DNA from: an uncultured Micavibrio sp.
GTDB taxonomy: Bacteria; Pseudomonadota; Alphaproteobacteria; Micavibrionales; UBA2020
Reading direction: 5' to 3'
Length of the DNA stretch: 64,000 nt
NCBI GenBank assembly: GCA_964575605.1
Contig: CAZNRN010000008.1
Coordinates: forward strand, 47,918 to 111,917
Shown: positions 57,983-64,000 of the stretch, in pieces
How positions within the stretch are numbered: the stretch's first letter is position 1
Layout: the number at the start of each line of letters is the position of its first letter
The notes under the pieces: model-generated
Told to the model about the DNA's origin: nothing
Databases searched by the model: none
What the model saw: only the letters and a program-made list of their open reading frames with translations
Position numbers and translations under genes: made by a program

Positions 57983-58536
57983 AAAACTGCCGCCTTGTCA
58001 TCCCTGCTGTTGCCTATGTGGCCAGCTATGCCGAAGCCTTGAAGGAAGGCCATCGCTGTGGCGCCGACGCCGTGCATGACGACGCCGAGATCGCGGAAAT
58101 CCTTGCCGACCCCGCCGCCTTTATCGCGGAACTGACCGGCCCCAAACCCGCCACCTTTATCGACGAACTGGGCGAGGAAGTGGAGCGCGTGCCCTCGACC
58201 ACCGTCTGGCTGCTGGAAGGAGACACGTTTATCGGCGACGCCGGCATCCGCCACCGCCTCAACGACAAGCTTTTCAAATCGGGCGGAAATATCGGTTACG
58301 GCGTGCGGCCGTCGAAACAGGGCAAGGGTTACGCGACCGAAATGCTGCGCCAGTGCCTTGTCTGGTGCCGTGATAACCTCGGGCTGGAACGCGCGCTTCT
58401 CACGTGCCGCGTCGATAACGAGGCCTCAGCCCGCGTCATGGAAAAAAACGGCGGCGAGCTGATCGATATCACCCCACACCCCTATGCCATTGGAATGATG
58501 CAGAAAAGATACTGGCTGCCCGTTCCGCCCAAATAA
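57979..58536 (+). CDS. GNAT-family N-acetyltransferase
   Basis: IGYGVRPSKQGKGYATEML...VDNEASARVMEKNGGEL is an acetyl-CoA binding core. GTGA overlap with the upstream ORF. Confidence 0.8.
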   Translation: MKNCRLVIPAVAYVASYAEALKEGHRCGADAVHDDAEIAEILADPAAFIAELTGPKPATFIDELGEEVERVPSTTVWLLEGDTFIGDAGIRHRLNDKLFKSGGNIGYGVRPSKQGKGYATEMLRQCLVWCRDNLGLERALLTCRVDNEASARVMEKNGGELIDITPHPYAIGMMQKRYWLPVPPK

Positions 58537-58647
58537 CCCTGCTCCGTGATTTTTCTTTACATAATTCTATATATTTGATACACAATCTGCTCCAAATCCC
58601 TTATTCCGCCTATCGCGGCTGCAGGAACAAGTGTTAAGAAAGCGCGC

Positions 58648-60006
58648 ATGACGACGACCGCACCGAAGAAAAAGAAGAACACCAAAGAACAGGAAGCCCC
58701 GACCGTGGGCATCGTGTCGCTCGGCTGCCCCAAGGCGCTGGTCGATACGGAGCGGATTCTGACGCAGCTGAGATCCGAAGGTTACCAGCTCTCCCCCGAT
58801 TACGCAGGCGCGGACATGGTGATCGTAAACACCTGCGGCTTCCTCGACAGCGCGAAGAAGGAATCGCTGGAGGCCATCGGCGAAGCGATGAGCGCCAACG
58901 GCAAGGTCATCGTGACGGGCTGCATGGGCGCCGAGCCCGAGCAGATTACCAAGGAATTTCCCAAGGTGCTGGCCGTGACCGGCCCGCAGCAGTACGAAGC
59001 CGTGGTCAGCGAAGTGCACAAGGTAGCACCCCCGCCGCACGACCCCTTCGTCGACCTCGTCCCGCCGCAGGGTATCAAGCTGACGCCCCGCCATTATGCG
59101 TATTTGAAGATTTCCGAGGGCTGCAACAACCGTTGCACCTTCTGCATTATCCCTAAGCTACGCGGCGACCTCGTCTCTCGCCCTGTTATTCAGGTGCTGG
59201 CGGAAGCCGAACGCCTTGTGAAGGCGGGCGTGAAGGAAATCCTTGTGATCTCGCAGGATACTTCCGCTTACGGCATCGATACCAAATACCAGGCCTATCC
59301 GTATAAAAACCGTACGGTGCGCACGAAGTTCATCGACCTGTGCAAGGAACTGGGCGAGCTGGGCGTCTGGGTGCGTTTGCACTACGTCTATCCCTATCCG
59401 CATGTGGACGAGGTTTTCGGGTTGATGAACGAGGGCAAGGTCCTGCCCTATATCGACATCCCCTTCCAGCATGCTTCGCCCGCGGTGCTGAAAAACATGC
59501 GCCGCCCCGCGCACCAGGAAAAAACGCTGGAGCGCATCAAAAGCTGGCGCAAGATGTGCCCCGACCTCACCATCCGATCGACCTTCATCGTCGGCTTCCC
59601 CGGCGAAACGGACGCGGATTTCGAATTGCTGCTGCAGTTCATGAAAGAGGCGGAGCTGGAGCGCGTCGGCTGCTTCAAATACGAACCGGTGACGGGCGCC
59701 GATTCAAACAAGATCGAGCCCCACGTCGCGCCCGAAGTGATGGAAGAACGCTACCACCGCTTTATGACGCTGCAGCAGGAAATTTCGGCCAAGAAACTCG
59801 CCGCGAAAATCGGCCGCACCCTGCCCGTGCTGATCGACAGCGTCGGCCAGGAAGGTGCGCTCGGCCGTTCATCCGCCGACGCCCCCGAGATTGACGGCAA
59901 CGTGAAAATCATGAGCAAAAACCTGAAACTCGCCCCCGGCGACCTCGTCAACGTCAAAATCACCGAAGCCGACGAATACGACCTGACCGGCAAGCTGGCG
60001 GTTTAA
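58648..60006 (+). CDS. rimO: ribosomal protein S12 methylthiotransferase
   Basis: [22 protein letters not shown], radical [11 protein letters not shown] and a C-terminal TRAM region. Confidence 0.9.
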   Translation: MTTTAPKKKKNTKEQEAPTVGIVSLGCPKALVDTERILTQLRSEGYQLSPDYAGADMVIVNTCGFLDSAKKESLEAIGEAMSANGKVIVTGCMGAEPEQITKEFPKVLAVTGPQQYEAVVSEVHKVAPPPHDPFVDLVPPQGIKLTPRHYAYLKISEGCNNRCTFCIIPKLRGDLVSRPVIQVLAEAERLVKAGVKEILVISQDTSAYGIDTKYQAYPYKNRTVRTKFIDLCKELGELGVWVRLHYVYPYPHVDEVFGLMNEGKVLPYIDIPFQHASPAVLKNMRRPAHQEKTLERIKSWRKMCPDLTIRSTFIVGFPGETDADFELLLQFMKEAELERVGCFKYEPVTGADSNKIEPHVAPEVMEERYHRFMTLQQEISAKKLAAKIGRTLPVLIDSVGQEGALGRSSADAPEIDGNVKIMSKNLKLAPGDLVNVKITEADEYDLTGKLAV

Positions 60007-60560
60007 AAAATCCCGAGGAAACGTTTTCTTTTCGCAGGCGGCTGTGGCTGCGGCGCTTCTACGGGCGCGGGCGCTGCTGCGGGTTGCGGTTGGGGTTTCG
60101 CGGGGAGCAGGAAATCCATTATCTCGGTACGCTTGGCGCTGCGGGCATAGCCATAGGCGGACATGCCGGTGGCGTTTTTGTAGAAGGGGTCGGCGCCTTT
60201 TTCGACCAGCAACTTAGCAACATCCATATGGCCGTGGCCGGCCGCGCCCATCAGGGGCGTGGAATTGATGCGGTTTTTGACCTCGAGCGGGATGCCTTTT
60301 TCCAGCAGGAATTCGACGGCGGCCTTGTGGCCGTACTGCGCCGCGAAAAACAGCGCGGTATTGCCGCAGTCGTCGGTGGCCAGCAGCCTTGCGCCTTTTT
60401 CCAGCTGCGCCTTCAGCGCGGACACATCGCCCCGGCGCGCGGCGTCGAGGTAAGGTTTTTCGAGCACGCCCAGCGCCCTGTCCATCGCGGCATCCGCCTT
60501 ATTGAAGGCGGCGCGCAAGGCGGCCATTTCTTCTTTCACAGCCTTGAATTCATCATCCAT
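60003..60560 (-). CDS. ankyrin-repeat protein with N-terminal coiled coil and P/Q-rich tail
   Basis: [24 protein letters not shown] and [26 protein letters not shown] are ANK repeats. The tail is [20 protein letters not shown]. Confidence 0.8.
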   Translation of the reverse strand: MDDEFKAVKEEMAALRAAFNKADAAMDRALGVLEKPYLDAARRGDVSALKAQLEKGARLLATDDCGNTALFFAAQYGHKAAVEFLLEKGIPLEVKNRINSTPLMGAAGHGHMDVAKLLVEKGADPFYKNATGMSAYGYARSAKRTEIMDFLLPAKPQPQPAAAPAPVEAPQPQPPAKRKRFLGIF

Positions 60561-60562
60561 GG

Positions 60563-61213
60563 TCAGCGTCCTTTCACGGGTGCGGCGAGTTTCAGCTTGC
60601 CCAGGCCACAGTCGAAGACCTCTTCCTCGCTGCGCTTGCCGCCGCGGCGGCGGTGTTCGTCGAAGGCCTTTTGCAGCGCGCCGCGGTCGGGCAGCTGGCT
60701 GAAGGCTTCGCGCTGCAGCGCCTCGACCTCGCCGGCTTCGGATTTACGCACGAAGGTCACGCGCTCGAGGCGTTTGAAGTCGTAAATTTCCTGCATGAAA
60801 CGGTCGTCGACCTGCCAGACGTTGCTGACCTCATCGGGCAGGCGTTTCAGCGCGCGGATGCAGTTGGCATGCGACTGGTCGCGCGCATAGGCCATCGCGG
60901 TCTTGTTGTCGTTGTTCACCCGCTTGGTATCCGCGCCGCGTTCCATCAGCAGCGCTACAACCTGCGCATTACCGCGAAAGGCGGCGCACATCAGCGGGGT
61001 CGATTTCTTGGTATTGACGATATTGGGGTCGGCGCCGTTGTCGAGCAGCCATTCGACGATCAATGCATGGCCCTTGTTGGCCGCGCGCACCAGCGGCGGG
61101 TCGCCGGCACCGGTGGCGTTCACATTCGCGCCGCGCCGGACGGCGTCGATGGCGCGCTGGCCTTCACCGTTCTCGCAGGCGTCACAAAGCTCTTTATCTT
61201 CCGCCATGCCCAT
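60563..61213 (-). CDS. ankyrin-repeat protein with a conserved unknown C-terminal domain
   Basis: ANK repeats are PPLVRAANKGHALIVEWLLDNGADPN and STPLMCAAFRGNAQVVALLMERGAD. The C-terminal domain EIYDFKRLERV... is shared with the next gene. Confidence 0.8.
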   Translation of the reverse strand: MGMAEDKELCDACENGEGQRAIDAVRRGANVNATGAGDPPLVRAANKGHALIVEWLLDNGADPNIVNTKKSTPLMCAAFRGNAQVVALLMERGADTKRVNNDNKTAMAYARDQSHANCIRALKRLPDEVSNVWQVDDRFMQEIYDFKRLERVTFVRKSEAGEVEALQREAFSQLPDRGALQKAFDEHRRRGGKRSEEEVFDCGLGKLKLAAPVKGR

Positions 61214-61216
61214 GCG

Positions 61217-61909
61217 TTACAGCCTTTTGCGCGGGCCGTCGCCCTCGCGCGGCTTGAATTTCACCAGCACTTCGGGGAACACTTCCGCCTCCGCGCGCCT
61301 GCCGCCTTTTTTGACGTAGTCGTTGAAGGCATGCCGCAGCGCCGTGCGGTCGCGGATATCGTCGAAATCCTGCCGCGTCACGGCCTCGACCGGGCCGGTC
61401 GGCGATGCGCGCACCATCGAAATGCGCTCCAGCAGCTTGAAGTCGTAAATTTCTTCCAGCGTCTTGTCGCGCAGGGGGCGGGTACGCACGATTTCTTCGG
61501 GGCCTTCGGGATGCGGCGGGACTTTTTCGGCGACCAGCAAAGCCACTATCTTGTAATGGCCATGCACCAGCGCAAATTCCATCGCGTTCGCGCCGCCCTT
61601 GTGGCGCAGCTCGCGGTCGGCGCCGGCCTCGAACAGCAGGCGCGCACATTCGAGATGCCCCTGCTCGGCCGCGCCCATCAGGGGCGTCGCGAGGCGTTCG
61701 TTCAAGCCGTCGACCGGCGCGCCCTGCGCCAGCAAAAATTTCACGCAAGCCGCATGGCCGTTGTACGCGGCGTAAAACAGCGGCCCGTTGTTTTTCTGTT
61801 CGATATGCGCGCCCGCGTCGACAAGGCGTTTGACCTCCGCCAGGTCGCCGCGCTTGCAGGCCTCGGTCAGGTCATGGTCGCGCTGTTTTTGCGGATTGCC
61901 GCCGAACAT
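61217..61909 (-). CDS. ankyrin-repeat protein with a conserved unknown C-terminal domain
   Basis: ANK repeats are GPLFYAAYNGHAACVKFLLAQGAP and ATPLMGAAEQGHLECARLLFEAGAD. The C-terminal domain is EIYDFKLLERI.... Confidence 0.8.
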   Translation of the reverse strand: MFGGNPQKQRDHDLTEACKRGDLAEVKRLVDAGAHIEQKNNGPLFYAAYNGHAACVKFLLAQGAPVDGLNERLATPLMGAAEQGHLECARLLFEAGADRELRHKGGANAMEFALVHGHYKIVALLVAEKVPPHPEGPEEIVRTRPLRDKTLEEIYDFKLLERISMVRASPTGPVEAVTRQDFDDIRDRTALRHAFNDYVKKGGRRAEAEVFPEVLVKFKPREGDGPRKRL

Positions 61910-62142
61910 GTTTTTTCCCTAAAGATGAATTCCCATAGCGGTAGCACGCGGTATTTTTGGACGCAATATCGCATGATATTTTACATAACTTGATAATGAG
62001 AGGGACGACCCCTTCGGGGGGCGGTTTCTCAGAGGTTCAAGCCGCCCAAGGCACCCGTTTCCTGCCCGAATCCCTTGACGGTGATTATGAAATATACGAT
62101 AAAGATGCCAACTATAATTGAATCATTTCAAGAAGGCTGCCC

Positions 62143-63120
62143 ATGCCAGGGATCATCAAAAACCGGGTACTCGTTTTCATTACTGTTGCCATCCTCGCGG
62201 CCGGCCTCGCCGCCCCCGCCGCTGCCGGCGTCTTCGACGGCATCACGAACATCTTCTCTCCCAAGACCAAGGCCGCGGCGAAAAAAGCCGCCGAAAGCCC
62301 CGAAGCCCAGAACGCCAGCACCGGCTGCCTCGAAGGCATGCTGAACGCAGTTGCCTCGGGCATCGACAAGAAGCAGGGCTGCGCGCAGGGCATCCAGCGC
62401 AAGTTCCAGGAACAGGAACAGAAGGACCAGCAGAAGGAACAGGAACTGCTGCAGCAGAAAACCGCCGAAAGCTATAACCGCCGCATCGACCGCGTCAACG
62501 AGCGCATCATCGAGCGCCAGCCGCGCATCGAGCGCATCGTCGCCGAGAAAAAAGGCGACGCCCCCGTGCGCGACGAGGAAGACATCGTCAAGGACATGGA
62601 CAAGAAATGCCGCAACGACGCCAATTGCCGCGAAGCCGTGATCGAGGCCGAGATGGAGCAGGCGTCGCCCGGCGTATTCAAAAGCGTCTGGTACTGGATG
62701 TTCCCGGGTTCCGCCCCCAAGGCGAAGAAAGAACTGAAAGGCATCGAGCGCGACATCGCCTTCCTCGAAAAATCGATGGAGCAGATAAAGGACACGATCG
62801 ACGAGGCCGAAGAACAGTTCGAAAACGCCACCACCACAAAACAGAAGAGCGAATACGCGCGCGACAAGGGCCAGCTGGTGTCGCAATACAGCCAGGCCAT
62901 GCAGGCGCTGAAAACGCTGAAAGAGCAGCAGGACACGCTGGACAGCGGTTATTTCGCCTATGTCGCCATGTTCTTTGCGGCCATCGGCGGTACGGTGATG
63001 AAGAAATTCAGCGACCATACCGTGAACCTCTCCCTCGATAGCGCCAAGGGCATTATTTCCCGCGTGCGCGGCCGCAAGAAAAAGGGCACCAAAAAAGGCC
63101 CCGAGCATTCGATGTACTAA
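62143..63120 (+). CDS. hypothetical exported coiled-coil protein with a C-terminal TM helix
   Basis: Signal-like VLVFITVAILAAGLAAPAAAG, E/K/Q-rich heptad-like stretches, late TM FAYVAMFFAAIGGTVM and a basic tail. Confidence 0.65.
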   Translation: MPGIIKNRVLVFITVAILAAGLAAPAAAGVFDGITNIFSPKTKAAAKKAAESPEAQNASTGCLEGMLNAVASGIDKKQGCAQGIQRKFQEQEQKDQQKEQELLQQKTAESYNRRIDRVNERIIERQPRIERIVAEKKGDAPVRDEEDIVKDMDKKCRNDANCREAVIEAEMEQASPGVFKSVWYWMFPGSAPKAKKELKGIERDIAFLEKSMEQIKDTIDEAEEQFENATTTKQKSEYARDKGQLVSQYSQAMQALKTLKEQQDTLDSGYFAYVAMFFAAIGGTVMKKFSDHTVNLSLDSAKGIISRVRGRKKKGTKKGPEHSMY

Positions 63121-63142
63121 CCCTTTACCGACAGGTCTTCCT

Positions 63143-63976
63143 ATGAAAAAACTCGCCCTTCTCCTTGCCGCCCTCGTCTTCCTCGCCGCGCCCGCGCGTG
63201 CCGAACTGGTCGCGAAAGAAATCAAGTACAAGGACGGCGAAACCGAACTGGCCGGTTACTACGTCTACGACAGCGCCTTCACCGTGCCCCTTCCCGGCGT
63301 CATCGTCATCCACGAATGGTGGGGCCATAACGATTACGCGCGCCGCCGCGCCGACCAGCTGGCGGGCCTCGGCTATGCCGCCTTCGCCGTCGATATGTAC
63401 GGCACCAACAAAATGGCAAGCAACCCGCAGGAAGCAACCGCGCTGTCGAAGCCTTTTTATGACGACCGCAAGATGATGGTCGCGCGTGCCGAAGCAGGCC
63501 TGAATACGCTCCTCGCCCAGCCGCACGTCGACAAAACCCGCACCGGCGCTGTCGGTTACTGCTTTGGCGGCACCGTCGCGCTTGAAATGGCGCGCAAAGG
63601 GCTCGACCTGAAAGGGGTCGCGGTCTTTCACGCCGGGCTTTCCACGCCCGAGCGCGCCGAGCCCGCGCGCGTCAAGGCGCAGGTGCTGGCCCTGAACGGC
63701 GGCGCCGATAAAATGGTGAGCGAGGAAGAGCGCAATAATTTCGTATCGGAAATGACCGCCGCGGGCGTGACCTATAAAAACGTCGTCTACCCCGACGCGC
63801 TGCACGCCTTCACCAACCCCAAGGCGACCGAAATCGGCGAGCGTTTCAACATCCCCGTCGCCTACAACGCCGATGCGGACAAGAAATCATGGGCGGAGAT
63901 GGAGGCCTTCTTCGCGCGCCTCTTCAAGCCGAAAACCGAAACGCCTGAAACGCCCGAAGCCCCGGCCGCGCAATAA
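63143..63976 (+). CDS. dienelactone hydrolase family protein (exported)
   Basis: Signal peptide MKKLALLLAALVFLAAPARA, VIVIHEWWG, nucleophile elbow GYCFGG and ALHAF. Confidence 0.85.
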   Translation: MKKLALLLAALVFLAAPARAELVAKEIKYKDGETELAGYYVYDSAFTVPLPGVIVIHEWWGHNDYARRRADQLAGLGYAAFAVDMYGTNKMASNPQEATALSKPFYDDRKMMVARAEAGLNTLLAQPHVDKTRTGAVGYCFGGTVALEMARKGLDLKGVAVFHAGLSTPERAEPARVKAQVLALNGGADKMVSEEERNNFVSEMTAAGVTYKNVVYPDALHAFTNPKATEIGERFNIPVAYNADADKKSWAEMEAFFARLFKPKTETPETPEAPAAQ

Positions 63977-64000
63977 TGACAAACGACTCCGCCAAAACCG
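63976..64000 (+). CDS. possible start of the next CDS (partial)
   Basis: TAATG overlap with the preceding stop. It reads MTNDSAKT and then the window ends, which is too short to judge. Confidence 0.25.

Noticed and set aside
57746-58536. GNAT toxin/antitoxin pair (TacT/AtaT-like) reading of a small ORF followed by an overlapping GNAT
   Set aside because: The GNAT N-terminus (VIPAVAYVASYAEALKEGH...) looks like the common COG3981-type housekeeping acetyltransferases. The upstream ORF shows no RHH/DUF1778-like antitoxin features that I can recognise. There is no support beyond the gene overlap.
62031-62047. tRNA T-arm-like GGTTCAAGCC
   Set aside because: The flanking bases do not form a 5-bp T-stem, and no acceptor, D or anticodon arms can be drawn, so this is not a tRNA or tmRNA fragment.

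Overview
High-GC chromosomal segment, about 64 kb. Hand counts of single 60-nt lines gave about 65 percent GC in core genes; no windowed GC was computed. The housekeeping proteins (GuaB, RimO, GalU) look alphaproteobacterial, but that is only an impression and was not searched. I support about 50 CDS. I saw no rRNA, tRNA, CRISPR array, integrase or transposase. All functions below come from motif recognition on the supplied translations; no database was queried. Layout: (1) 1-5.1 kb: a FIST/CheX/CheY signalling operon, an MFS transporter, and a receiver plus GAF histidine kinase pair. (2) 5.1-9.3 kb: a flotillin-like SPFH protein with internal repeats, galU, and a hypothetical protein. (3) 9.4-14.8 kb: a 1337-aa fusion of an ArsB/NhaD-type permease, a channel-pore-like segment and tandem RCK-like domains, translationally coupled to a 463-aa partner with CorA-like topology. 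(4) 15.2-41.3 kb: a dense nucleotide and cofactor block. It holds guaA, a 1.3-kb low-GC two-gene islet, guaB, mntP behind a yybP-ykoY Mn riboswitch, a compact nine-gene pur operon (purF-E-C-D-N-SL-Q-H-M), and an NAD salvage locus (prs-like, pncB, pncA, and an NMNAT-like/glutaminase/NAD-synthetase triple fusion). (5) 41.3-46.7 kb: a YiiX-like hydrolase, a eukaryote-type class I PDE-like protein, an MFS transporter and glgX. (6) 46.8-56.2 kb: the strongest candidate for an undescribed system. It is a translationally coupled operon encoding an MDR dehydrogenase, an AsnB-like amidotransferase, a SAM methyltransferase, a PhyH-like oxygenase, an adenylation-PCP-reductase protein fused to a NadR-type kinase domain, and an HTH-less NadR homolog. 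An EndoU-like protein follows. The promoter carries three ATACTCT repeats phased exactly 22 bp apart. (7) 56.2-64 kb: a KamA-family radical SAM enzyme, two small tandem paralogs plus a GNAT, rimO, three tandem ankyrin-repeat genes (two share an unrecognised C-terminal domain), a secreted coiled-coil protein and a dienelactone hydrolase.
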